Source: Hemiscyllium ocellatum (taxonomy: Eukaryota). From it: a stretch of DNA of 64,000 nucleotides. A program made the position numbers and the translations under genes. The stretch covers positions 1-64,000 of the forward strand of contig NW_026868127.1 in the NCBI RefSeq assembly GCF_020745735.1. Direction: 5' to 3'. Numbering within the stretch: the first letter of the stretch is position 1; the number at the start of each line of letters is the position of its first letter. A model generated the notes under the pieces. It was given only the letters and a program-made list of their open reading frames with translations. It had not been told where the DNA came from and searched no databases. This document shows positions 23,676 through 36,000 of the stretch, one piece after another.

Positions 23676-24083
23676 TCAGCTCTCTGCTTCCCTCTGTCAC
23701 TCTCACCCTCTCCCTATTTCCCAGTCTGTCGGTCACTCTCACCCTCTTTTTGCCCCTATCAGTCTCTCCCTCATTCATGTGTCTTTCTGTCTCTGCCTCT
23801 GGGTTGTGAACTTCATTTTTTGTTGTTAAATCTTGCAGCTGTTCTTCACATGTGGCCATGCAGTGGAAGGGGGAAACTTGAGGCCTTCAGTGAGCGTTGA
23901 GACACCACAGGGACTGGAGTGTGTCGTGGGCAGTGACAATCCCAGCATGGGGTAATTTGATCAGTTTCATTTAGATCTAACTGTGGGATATGACAGTTCA
24001 GGCGGTGGGACTGTGTGTCCATTATTATGCATTTTATATAACCGTGGATGTGTCAGTACAGGAGGTGATTCTGTGTGCTTTGA

Positions 24084-24111
24084 GGTTTTTGTATGGCTCT
24101 GTGTCACTGTG
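24084..24111 (-). other. 12-bp-spacer RSS of V1
   Basis: CACAGTG acacagagccat ACAAAAACC on the minus strand, consensus. Confidence 0.97.
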
Positions 24112-24410
24112 TCGAGGGTAGCTGTAATCCTGCATACAGTAATAGTCAGCGACATCCTCATTCTGAACGTTGCTGATTTTCAGGGTGAAACTGGTCCCTG
24201 ATCCACTGCCGGTGAATCGATCGGAGACTCCTGTGAATCGATTTGTTGCAGCATAGATCAGGAGAGAGGGTTTCTGACCTTCTCGCTGCTGGTACCAGGA
24301 AAGCTCATTGCTAACAGATTGACTGGCCGTACAGGTGAGTGTTGCGGTCTGGCCCAGTCCCACTGACAGCACCGGGGGAGACTGAGTCATGATGATGTCC
24401 CCACTGATAC
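24112..24410 (-). CDS. IGKV: kappa-type V exon V1
   Basis: ccctcag acceptor; [100 protein letters not shown]; open frame. Confidence 0.98.
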
Positions 24411-24596
24411 CTGAGGGATCAGAGAGAAACACAGTGAAGTCAGAACTGTCACAGAAAGAGCCGGTCAAATGAGAGATTGTTGGAGACACTGAGCATTCCT
24501 CTGGTTTCAGCATTTTCCCTTCAATCACAAGTCAGTGGAATTGGAGTGAAATGGAGAGCAACTAAAGATTCAAGGCGGAAGGAGAGAGATTTGTAC

Positions 24597-24645
24597 CTGC
24601 GACACAGAATGCCAGGGGCCAGATCAGCTGGATGTGTGAAATCAT
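24597..24645 (-). CDS. IGKV: leader exon of V1 (MISHIQLIWPLAFCVA-G)
   Basis: ATG, 49 nt, phase-1 GT donor, 186-nt intron to the V exon. Confidence 0.92.
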
Positions 24646-24703
24646 GGTGTGTGCTCCTGTCCCTGTGCCTGGTTCCTGATAAACTCTCCCTTCACTGGGC
24701 TCT

Positions 24704-24800
24704 GCTTTATAAAGCTGCAGCCTGTGAGAGTCTGACTGGGTGTTCCTCAGTATGTAAATGGCATCAGGTAGAGAGAGCCACGTCAGCCCCTCACACTTCC
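24704..24800 (-). promoter_or_regulatory. V1 promoter: ETS core GGAAGTG (24794-800), variant octamer ATTTACAT (24752-59), palindromic TATA GCTTTATAAAGC (24704-15)
   Basis: motif order and spacing resemble IgL promoters and are conserved in cluster 2. Confidence 0.7.
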
Positions 24801-25767
24801 ACTTCTCTCTCTCTCTTTGTCTCAGAGAGTGATTGATGTGAACAGCACTGAATGAGGCCATTTGTCCTATTGTATCTGTGCTGGTAAACAAAGATGTGAT
24901 GACACTAATCCCATCCTCCAGCTCATGGCCCATTACCCTGGGGGCTATAGCAACACAAGGGAATATCTAAACACTGCTCCAATGTCACGAGAATTTGTGA
25001 CTCAACCAGCCTTTTAGGCAGTGAGTTCCAGACTCCCACCACCCTCTGGGTGAAAACATTTCTCCTCAATTCTCCTCTCACTCTGCAACTCAACTGGGCC
25101 TGGATTCACTCGAGTTTAGAAGGATGATAGGGGATCTGATTGAAACACATAAAATTGTAACAGGGCTGGGCAGGGAGGAGGTTTCCCCTGGTTGGAGAAT
25201 CTGGAACCAGGGGACACAGGCTCAGGGGGATACAGGGTAGACCATTTAGGACTGAGATGAGGAAACATTTCTTCACTCAGAGAATGGTCAACCTGATGAA
25301 TTCTCTACCACTGAAGGCTGTGGAGGACAAGGAACTGAATATATTCAAGAAAAAAAAAGTTGTTTTGTGTTTTAACAGCATGAAGGAAATAGGGAGAAAG
25401 CAGCAGCACAGCATTGAGAGAGAGGATCAGCCATGATCATACTGAATGACACATAAGATTCAAAGGGCCGAATGGCCTGCTCCTGCTCCAAGTTTCAATG
25501 TGTCCATGTCTGTGTTACCTTCAATCTCTGTCCCTGGTTATTGAGTCCTTTACTCTTGTATAAAGTGCCTTCCTATGCAACATATCACTGCCTTATCTTA
25601 TACCTCTCTATCAGGTCCCTCTCAACCTTCAATGCTCCAAGGAAAACAGCCCCAACCTTTCCAATCTTTCCTCATAGCTGACCCTTCATCCCAGGCAGCA
25701 TCCTGGGAAATCTCCTCTGCCCCCTCTCAAGTACAATCACATCCTTCCCAGAATGTGGTGATCAGGA

Positions 25768-26150
25768 CCTTTCTCTCTCTCTCTCTCTCTTTTCCCCTTT
25801 CTGTCTCACATCTGCTACTTTGATCTCTCTACATCTCTCTCTCTCTCCCACTGTTAATCTCTCTCATATTCCCTCTCTCTCACTCTGTCTCATAGCCACT
25901 CCCTCCAACTCACTCACGCTTCCTCACTCCGTCTCATAATCTTTCTCCATCTCTCACTGTCTTCGTCACTCGCTCCATCTCTCACTTCAATTGAAAGCCT
26001 CCAAATGTTATCTGCCCCTCTCTATTTCTCCCTCTGTTTCTCCCTCATTCTCCGCAGCCCACTCGGCCTCTATTTCTCTCTCTCTGTCTCACTTCTCTCT
26101 CTTTCTCACAGTGTCCCAGGTGGTGACAGTTGAATTCAGGATATATCTCT
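25768..26150. repeat. CT-rich low-complexity tract
   Basis: direct reading; inverted counterpart at 50870-51530. Confidence 0.85.
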
Positions 26151-26588
26151 CTCTGCTCTGCCCCACTAATGGATGTTAACCCTTGACCCCAGAAGCATGT
26201 CTTCTCCTGGAGTAAAGGCCCATTTCCACATTGACCAGGTTTTGGTATCTCTCAGGAAGATGGACAGATTCTTGTTAAATGAAGGGCAGTTCTGTGCTGT
26301 TGGCCTATTCTCACTGGGGACTGGTTTGGACACAAACCTCATTCCATGAAGGCCCAGCAGAGAGAGGAGATCCTCAGGCCATCAGTGTGAGCTGGAGGGA
26401 CAGCACAGGCTCTGACCCACTAACCCATCCTGTCCATTCACAACATGTTCCAATCCCTTCCCCTCTCCTTCCCCTTCTACGATCAGTCTCTGAGTCAGTG
26501 TGTTTTACTGGGATGAGGGTTGGACCATCACACAGTTACAACAGAAAGGAACTGAACCCCACACCCACCATGGTGTCCACACTGCACT

Positions 26589-26830
26589 GGACTCTCCAAC
26601 AGAGTCCAGTAAACATGGACGTCAGTTCACGAGAGTGCCCCATAGAGAGACATGGGCCTCCTTCCCACTGAGCTCCCAATAGAGACCAGTAAACATGGGC
26701 ATTGTTCCTGCTTGAGCCTCCAATAAATGTTGGCCTCCTTCGTAATGGACTCTCCAAAGGAAACCAGTAAACATGGACCTCCTTCTGACTGGATACTCCA
26801 AGAAGACCAGTAAATGTGGGCCTCCTATTC
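26589..26830. repeat. degenerate ~40 bp minisatellite (CCAGTAAACATGGGCCTCCTT core), about 6 units
   Basis: cores at ~26609, 26648, 26689, 26725, 26767, 26810. Confidence 0.8.
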
Positions 26831-26854
26831 ACTTGTCCTTCTAATGGTGACAAG

Positions 26855-28100
26855 TGGATAGTTGAGTTTTTGAAGAAATAGATAGCTTAAGATAGATCAG
26901 TACACATCGTCGACATGGACTTTAGCAAGGCCTTAGACAAGGTTCCCCATTGTAGACTGCTTAGTAAGATTATATCACAGAGGATCCAGGTAGAGTTAAC
27001 CAATTGGATATAAAATGGGCCTGATGGTAGGAGGCAGAGGCTGGTGAGAGAGGGTTGATCTTGAGACTGGAGGCCAGTGACCAGCCATCTTCCACAAGAA
27101 TCGATCCTGGATCCACTGTTGTTCATCATTTACATGAACAATTTGTATGAGAAAATAGCAGGAATGTCAGTAAGTTTGTGGCTGACATTAAAATTGTTGG
27201 CATCGTGGACAGGTAAGAAGATTATCTAAGAATGCAATGTCATCTTCATCAACTGGGCCAGTGGGTCAACAAATCCAGATGGAGCTTAATTTCGATAAAT
27301 GCAAGGAGTTGCATTTTGGTAAGACCAACTAGGGCAGGAATTACACAACTGATGGTAGAGCCATGGGGAGTGTTGTTGAACAGAGACACTGAGGGGTACA
27401 AGTGCATAGTTCCTTGAAAGTGGTGTCACAGGTAGAGAGGGTGGTGAAGAAGGCATTTGGCACGCTCACCTTCACTGGTCAAAGCAGGGAGTACAGGAGC
27501 TGGGACATCATGTTACAGCTGTACAAGGCATTGGTAAGGCCACATTTGGACACTGTGTACATTCCTGCTTACCCTGCTATAGGAAGGAAGTTATTACACT
27601 GGTTTGGATAAAAGAAAGATTAACAGGGATGTTACCAAGGTTGGTGAGTTTGAATTACAAGGCGAGGATGGATAGTCCGAGAGATTTTTCCAATGAATGC
27701 AGGAGATTGAGGGGTGACCTTAGACAGGTTTATAGAATCATTAGGGCCATAGATAAGGTGAATAGCCAAAGTTTTTTTTTCCCCCAGGGTAGGAGAGTCT
27801 AGTATGAGAAGGAATACTTTTAAGTTGAGATGGGAAAGAATTAGAAGGGGCCTGAGAGACAATCTTTTCACACAGAAGTTGGTGTGTATGTGCAATGAGC
27901 TGCCAGAGGAAATGGTAGAGGGGAGTACAATTACTAGATTTCAAAGACATTTTTACAGGAACATGGATAGGAAGGATTTAGAGAGGATTGGGCCAAACGC
28001 ATGCAGATGGGACTAGTTCAGTTTTGGAAACTTGGTCGGCATGGATGAGTTGAGCAGAAGGGCCTGTTGCCACGCTGTAAACCTCTATGACTCTATGATG
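26855..28100 (+). mobile_element. CR1-type LINE RT/3' fragment inserted in the minisatellite
   Basis: VDMDFSKALDKVPH, QLYKALVRPHL motifs; (CTCTATGA)n tail. Confidence 0.85.
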
Positions 28101-28180
28101 ATGTAAACATGGGGCACCTTCCCATAGGACCAATAAACAGTAAACATGGGCCTCCTTCCCACCGGACTGTCCAGTACCTG
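28101..28180. repeat. continuation of the ~40 bp minisatellite
   Basis: gtaaacatgggg.accttccc and gtaaacatgggcctccttccc resume right after the LINE tail. Confidence 0.75.
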
Positions 28181-28989
28181 AGCTGTAACCCCACATCCTG
28201 TCCATTACGTAGGTCTCTTATTTCAATCTGCACAACATTGTTTGTCTCTGCATTACCTCACTCTCTTGACCACAGAAACCCCAATTCCTGCTCATCCCAC
28301 CTCCTGACTCTATGATTTCAATGTCCTCTCCCAGCTTCCTGAAGCCACATTCCATAAACCCCAACTTGTCTGATATGGAGTGATCCCTTCCCTGTCTCAC
28401 AACTACAGTTGTTCTAGAATCTGACCTCACTGCCAGCCAATTGCCTCCATGGCCTCCCTCCTCCCTCACTCTGTGTCCTGCTGTAGACTCACATTCCCTC
28501 CCTCCCCCTTCCACCTTCTGTCTCTGGTCTCCTGCCCATTGTTGCTTCCTCCATCCCACCATTGACAGCAGAGCCTTCAGACCCCGAGAGTATCCTCTCT
28601 GCCTTCCTGCCCTTCATCCCTCCCTCTCTCGTTGTTTGTGATATTGAATATACTGTTCAGTTCCAACACTTTTGGGTCGCTGTTCCCTTGCCATTGATTT
28701 GCTGCTTTATTCTAGTAAATCTAGACTGGTGTGTTCTCTGAGTTGGTTCAAGAGTGTTTTGCTTGAGAAAACATTTCTGTGAACTGGTTTGTCTGTTTCT
28801 CCCAGTCTTTGTGTAAAGGTGAGACTAAGTGTGTAAATGCTGTCATTTCATGGAGCAATCCAGTCAGTCCCACCCCCTCCCCTACTCGACAGCCAGGGCC
28901 TTGCAGGTTTATTTCCATCAAGAGCCCATCCAATCTGCCATTGCCATCACTGAGTGTCTTCACCTGCCTCACCTGAATGGGCACTAATT

Positions 28990-29620
28990 TCCAAGTCATT
29001 ACCAATTGCTGCTAAAAAAAGTTCTTCCTGACATCCCATATCTCTTGCCCAACAAAATGCAAGGTAATCTCAATGTGAAGATGGGATTTTGTCTCCACAC
29101 GGACTGTGCAGTTGTCACCCTTACTGATACTGTCATGGACAGATACACCAGCAGCAGGCAGGTTGGTGAGGGTGATAGTGAGTATGATTTTCCCTCTTGT
29201 TGGTTCCCTCACCACTTGCCCCAGGTCCAGTCTAGCAGCTGAATCAGGTGGAACTTGACCAACTTGCTCAGTAGTGATGCTTCTGAGCAGCTCTTGATGG
29301 TGGGCTTTGAAGTCCCTTACTCAGAGTATATCCTGCATCCTTCCCACCCTCAGTGCTCCCTCCAAGTGTTGGTCAACATGGAGGAGGACTGACTGCTCAG
29401 TTGAGGTTGGAGTGGAGGGCGGTGCTATGTGGTAATCAGCAGGAGGTTTCCTTCCCCATGTTTGACCTGCTGTCATGAGGCTTCATGGGTTCCATAGTTA
29501 ATGGTGAGGACTCCCAGGGCAACTCCCTTCCGACTGTACACACCACTGTGTTGCCTCCCCTGCTTGGTCTATCCTGCCAGTTAAAAACTGAATGAGGGAA
29601 CAATTCCATTCAGGTTTTAC
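28990..29620 (-). mobile_element. LINE endonuclease fragment of a second family (same family as 48400-50050)
   Basis: VREPTRGKIILTITLTNLPAAGVSVHDSISKGD APE C-terminal motif. Confidence 0.65.
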
Positions 29621-29820
29621 AGCTTGGAGACAGAGCTGCTGCTGGATTCTGTTTCTGATCTCCGAGTGCAGGTGTATGTGTTTGTGAGAGAGTGACTGTC
29701 CTTTTTCCCCATCACTGTGCTGTTTCTGAAAAGAAAAATCCCAGAACCAGCCTCCTGTGCTGTCAGGTTCTTGGGAGTGCAGACAGTTCACAGTTTTCTC
29801 CCGTCTCAGTAACAAACATC

Positions 29821-30052
29821 CAGCTGCTCCGAGCTCTTTATTTCACTTCCTCTTTTGGTGAAGTTTCAACCTTGCGATCTGACAGTCTTTGCAGTTATTT
29901 TTTACACTGGGGCTTTCTGCTGTGGTCAGAATCTCTAATAATAAGTGTCCAATCAGTGACAATCACAGCAGCTAAGAGCAGTCAGGACTGAGGAGCCAGG
30001 CTCACTGGGAAACACATTGGGAAGATCAAAGCCATTCCCCTTCAGCTCCCAG
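29821..30052. promoter_or_regulatory. conserved non-coding island with EICE (TTTCACTTCC 29841-50), E-box (29821-26) and CCAAT (29949-53): candidate enhancer
   Basis: 9 differences in 232 nt versus the inverted copy 47311-47541; GGAAGTGAAA matches the Ets-IRF composite consensus. Confidence 0.6.
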
Positions 30053-30659
30053 TACAAATTCCATCCCTCTCCCTGAGCACTGCCTGCTGCTCAACCAGAC
30101 TCTTTACAAACTTGGCCTCATCTTTGGGGCTGATCTGAGCACCATATCCTCCATCTCACAAAGATCAGCAACTGAAAATCTCTGTCATGTGCATGGGACT
30201 CCAAACATGACCATACCAATGTTGCGCTTGCACACATCACAGCCACTGCCCTCCGTAACCTTCAGCTCATCCCAAATTCTGCTGCCCCATATCTAAACTC
30301 GTATCAAATCCCATTCCTCCAACCCCCTGCGCCCTGTGCCTACATTGGTTCCTGGTCCAGCAACACCTTGATTTTCAAATTCTCATCCTTGTTCTCAAGT
30401 CCCTCCCTGTCCTCCACTCTCCCTATCTCTGTAACCTCCTTCAAACTGCCTCACTCAGTGTGATCAACAATCTTGGATATATGGCTGTCTATTCCTTCAT
30501 CCAAGTCATTTAGAAATATCGTGAAATGCTGAGGTTCCAGCCCAATTCCCTGGGGACACCACTATCCAGATTTTGCTCATTGGAGAGCACACACATTATC
30601 CCTCCTCTCTGTCTCCTACCTCCAAACTAATTTCTGACCAAAGATAAATACTTTTCTCT

Positions 30660-31690
30660 AACTGGCGAGAATGGGAGAAAGCAGAGGGACATAGTGGAAG
30701 GATACTTGTCAGACTGGAGGCCTGAGTCTAGTGGAGTGCCTCAGGATTGATGCTGGGCCCATTATTGTTTGTTATCAATATCAATGATTTAGAAGACATT
30801 ACAATAGCCGGTATTGTGGACAATGAGGAAGGTTATCAGATATTGTAACAGGACCTTGATCAGCTGTGGAAGTGGGAAAAGAAATGATAAATTGAGTTTA
30901 ATGTAGATAAGTATGAGGTCTTGCATTTTGGAAAGTTAAATCAAGGTAGGAGTTTCATGGTGAATGGTAAGGCCTTCAGGACTGTAGTGAAACAGTGGGA
31001 TCTCAGAGTTCAGGTGCACAGTTCTCTGAAAGTTGAGTCACAGTTAGACAGGGCAGTGAAGAAGGCTTTTGGCACACTGGCCGTCATCAGTCAGGGCACT
31101 GGGTGTAGAAGTTGGGAAGTTATGTTTCAATTGTACATGACGTTGGTGAGGCTGCACTTGGAGTATTGTGTTCAGTTTTGGTCACCTTGTTATATGAAGG
31201 ATATTATTAAACTGGAAAGAGTGCAGAATAAATTTACAAGGATGTTGCCAGGTTTCAACATCTGAGTTTTTGGGAGAGTTTGGGCCAGCTAGGACATTTT
31301 TCTTAAGAATGTTGGAGACTAAAGGGGAATCTTTTAGAAGTGTATAAGATCTTGAGAAACATGGATAGGGTGAATGCACTCAGTCTTTGTCCCAGGGTTG
31401 GGGAATCAAGGCCTAGAGGGCATCAGTTGAAGGTTAGAATAAACGGGAACCTGAGGGGCATCATTTTTACACAGAAGGTGGTAGTCGTATGGAATGATTG
31501 AGGAGGGTACATGAACAACATTTAAAAGGTATTTGGACAAATACATAGATAGTATGTAATTTGAAGGATATGGGCCAAGTGCAGGGCAAATGGGGTTTGT
31601 GTGGATGGATATTTTGGTCAGCATGGTCTGGTTTGGGCCAAAGGGCCTGTATCTGTGCTGTAGGACTCGATGACTCTATGACTCTACAAT
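30660..31690 (+). mobile_element. CR1-type LINE RT/3' fragment
   Basis: ORF 30921-31265 LVRLHLEYCVQFWSPCYMKDIIKLERVQNKFTRMLPG. Confidence 0.88.
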
Positions 31691-31719
31691 TCCACATGTT
31701 TCCATGTTTATGAACAGTC

Positions 31720-33000
31720 TCTCAAACATAGAAACAGAGGAACTAGGAGCAGGAGGAGGCCATTCAGCCCTTCGAGTCAGCTCTGCCAGTCAATATGACC
31801 ATGACTGATCATCCAACTTAGTCTCCTGTTCCCATTTTTTCTCCATAACCTTTAATCCCTTTAGTCCTAAGATCTATACCTGTCGCTTTCTTGAAAACAT
31901 TTAATGTTTTGAGCTCAACTGCTTTCTGTGACAGAATATTCCACCAGCTTCCCACTCTCTGGCTAAAGAACTGTTCCTTATCTCAGTCCGAAATGGCCTT
32001 TCCATTTTCTTTAAACTGTAATTCCTGGTTCTGGATTCTCCAGTCATCATGAACATAATTCCTGTGTTTTCTGGTCTTGTCCTGTTAGGATTTTACAGGT
32101 TTCAATGTGATTCCTCTCAAATTTCTAAACTCCAGTGAATATAATCCTAACTGATCCAGTTTCTCATCAGATCTAAGTGCTGTCCTCCCAGGAATCAGTC
32201 TGGTAAACCTTCGCTGCCCTCCCTCCACAACCAGAACATCCTTCCTCAGGTAAGGAGACCAAAACTGCACACAACAGAAACATAAAATCACACAGTATAG
32301 AAGAGGCCCTTCAGCCCATTAACTGTGTACTAGCCAAACTACAGTAAACCTACACCAGTCCCACTTTCCAACATCAGGCCCATAGCTTGAATGTTCTGAT
32401 ATTTCAACTGCTCACCCAACTACTTTTTAAAGTTTGTGAGGTTTCCCACGTCAACTACCCTCCCAGGATGTGCGTTCCAGACCCCCACCACCCTCTGGGT
32501 AAAAAACACTTTTCTCAAAACGTCTTGAAACCTCCTATCTTTGACATTGAATGTGAGCCAACTTGTTATTGACCCTCCCAAGAAGGAGAACAGCTGCTTT
32601 CTCTCCTCCCTGTCCAATCCCCTCATAACCTTATACACCTCTATCAGATCCCCCCTCCACCTTCTCTGCTCTGAAGAAAACAACCCGAGCTAATCCAATT
32701 TCTCTTCATCACTGAGAGGTTCCATCCCACACAACATCCTGGTGATTCCCCTCTGCACCCCATCCAGTGCAATCACATCCTTCCTACAGTGTGGTGACCT
32801 GAACTGCACACAGTACTCCAGCTGTGGCCTCACCAATGTTCTGCTTAACTGCCACATCTCCTCCTGCTTTTATAACCGATACCTGACATGACAAAGGCAA
32901 GTGTCCCCTATGCCTTCATAACTGCTCTGTTAACCTGTCTTACCATATTCAGGGATCAGTGGAGAAGCACCCCAAGATCACGCTGTTCCTTTGAGCTTCC
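31720..33000 (-). mobile_element. two stacked CR1-type LINE 3' fragments
   Basis: CVQFWSPYLRKDV (32085-32291) and RRWRGDLIEVYKVMRGLD (32420-32683). Confidence 0.8.
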
Positions 33001-33029
33001 TCAGTTCAAAGACCAAAGAGCAATGAAAA

Positions 33030-36000
33030 TTACAGCACAAGAACTGGCCCTTCGGCCCTACTAGACTGCACTGGTCCAAATCCTCCATCTAAACCTGTCA
33101 TCAATTTCCCAATGGTCTGTCTCCCTTTGCTCCCTCCCCATCCATGTATCTATCTAGATATATCTTAAATGATGCTATTGTACCTGCCTCTACCACCTCC
33201 ACTGGCAACGTGTTCCAGGACCAATCACTCTCTGTGTGAAGAACTTTCCATACATATCTCCCTTAAATGTTTCCATTCTCACTTTGAACTCATGACCCAG
33301 AGTAATTGAGTCCCCCACTCTGGGAAAAAGGCTTCTTGCTATCCACCCTGTCTATATCTCTCATGATTTTGTAGACCCCAATCAGGTTCCCCCCGCAACG
33401 TTCGACTTTCTAATGAAAATAATCCTAATCTACTAAACCTCTCTTCATAGCTAGCACCCTCCATACCAGGCAATCCTGGTGAAACTCCTCTGCACCCTCT
33501 CCAAAGCATCCACATCTTTCTGGTAATGTGGCAACCAGAACTGTACGCAGTATTCCAAATGTGGCCAGGCCAAAATCTGATATAATTCTAATATGACCTT
33601 CCAACTCTTGTGCTGAATACCACGTCTGGTGAAGGAAGGTATGCCATATGCCTTCTTGACCACTCTGTCGACCTGTGTTGCCACCTCCAGGGTACAATGG
33701 ACCTGAACACCCAGGTCTCTCTGGGCATCAATTTTCCCAGGGTGTTCCATTCACCGTACAGTTTACTCCAGATTTGGATCTTCCAAATTTCTTCAGATCG
33801 CATTTGCCTGGTTTGAACTCCATCCGTCCGTTTCTCTGCCCAACTCTCCAATCTGTCTATATTCTGCTACATTCTTTGACGGTCCCTTTCAATATCTGCT
33901 ACTCCACCAATCTTAGAGTCATCTGCAAACTTGCTAATCAGTCCACCTATACCTTCCTCCAGATCATTTATGTATATCATAAACAAGAGCGGTACCAGCA
34001 CAGATTCCTGTTCTCCATTTTGAGAAACTCCTTCCATTACTACCGTCTGTCTTCTGTTGCCCAGCCTGTTCTCTATCCATCTAGTGAGTACACTCTGGAC
34101 CCTATGCGACTTAAATTTCTTTATCAGGCTGCCATGGGGAACTTTATCAAACGCATTCCTGAAATCCATGTGTATGACATCCATAGCCCTCCCTCATCAA
34201 TCAACTTCATCACTTCTTCAAAAAATTCTATAAAGATGGTAAGACATGACATTCCCTGCACAAATTCATGCTGCCTATAACTAATAAGTCAATTTTCTTC
34301 CAAATGTAAATAGATCTTATCCCTCAGTATCTTCTCCAGCAGGTTCCCTACCACTACATCAGGCTCACTGGTTGATAGTTGCCTGGATTATCCTGGCTAC
34401 CCTTCTTTAAACATTAGCAATTCTCCAGTCCTCTGGGACCTCATCCATGTTCAAAGTTGCTACAAAGATATTGATTAAGGCCCCAGCTATTTCCTCTCTT
34501 GCTTCCCTCAGTAACCTGGGATCAATCCCATCCCGACCTGGGGACTTGTCCACCTGGATGCCTTTTAAAATACCCAACACTTCCTCCCTCCTTAAACCTA
34601 CTTGACCCTGAATAAACAAACATCTATCCCCAACTTCAACATCTGTCATTTCCCCCTCCTTGGTGAATACCGACGTAAAGCACTCATTAAGAATCTCATC
34701 AATTTTCTCTGACTCCACACATAACTTTCCTCCTTTTTCCTTGAGTGGGCCAACCCTTTCTCTAGTCACCCTCTTGCTCCTTATATATGAATAAAAGGAT
34801 TTGGGATTTTCCTTAATCCTATTTGTTAATGATATTTTGTGACCCCTTTTAGCCCTTTTAATTCCTCACTTCAGATTGGTCCTACTTTCACGATATTCTT
34901 CCAAAGCTTTGCCTGTTTTCAGCTACCTCGACCATATGTATGCATCCTTTTTCCTCTTAGCTATGCTCACAATTTCATCTATCATCCAGCGTTCCCTAAT
35001 CCTGCCATTTCAATCCCTTATTTTCACAGGGACATGTCTGCCCTGACTCGAGTCAACCTCTCTTTAAAAGCCTCCCCACATATCAAATATGGATTTCCCT
35101 TTAAACAGCTATTCCCAATCCACATTCCCCAGCTCCTGCCAAATTTTGCTATAGTTGGCCTTCCCCCAGTTTAGCCATCTTCCTTTCGGAGCACTCTCGT
35201 CTTTGTCCATGAGTATTCTAAAACTTATGGAATTGTGGTCACTGTTACCAAAATAATCCCCTAGTGAAATTTCAACCACCTGGCCGGGCTCATTCCCCAA
35301 TACCTGGCCCCTTCCTGAGTTAGATTATTTCCACATTACTCTGTAAAATCCTCCTGGATGCTCCTTACAAATTCTGCTCCATCTTAACTTCTAACATTGA
35401 GTGAATCCCAGTCAATGTTGGGAAAATTAAAATCTTCCATCACCACCACCTTGTTACTCCTACATCTTTCCATAATCTGTTTACATATTTGTACCTCTAT
35501 CCCACGTTCACTCTTAGAGCCTTGTAGGATAGCACCGACATTGTTACTGCACCCTTCCTGTTTCTGAGCTCTGCCCATATTGCCCCACTGCTCGAGTCCT
35601 CCATAGTGCCCTCCTTCAGCACACCTATGATAACCACTCTGACCAATAATGCAACTCCTCCATCCCTTTTACCTCCCTCTCAAACCCATCGGATACATCT
35701 GTATCCTGGGATATTTAGTTGCCAATCTTGCCCTTCCCTCAACCACGTCTCAGTAATAGCAATAACATCATACTCCCAGATACTAATCCAAGCCCAAAAT
35801 TCCTCTGCCTTACCTACTACACTTCTCACATTAAAACAATACACCTCAGACCATCTGTCCCTTTGCTTTCATCATCTGCCCCCGACCTACTCTTAACCTT
35901 AGTCACGCTAACTTCAATATCTAGTTCCTGACAGGCTTTAGTTACTCCCTCCTTATTGTCCATTAACTTCCTCATTTGGTTCCCATCCCTCTGCTACACT

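Noticed and set aside
23602-24410. Germline-joined VJ genes (known in sharks)
   Set aside because: Both clusters are split, with intact RSSs and 475 and 504 bp V-J spacers.
24411-24528. N-terminal extension [12 protein letters not shown]... of the V ORFs (also 52769-52886)
   Set aside because: In-frame read-through of the leader intron; the true start is the spliced leader exon.
26589-26830. CRISPR-like appearance of ~40 bp periodic repeats
   Set aside because: Vertebrate DNA, degenerate tandem units without unique spacers, no cas genes.
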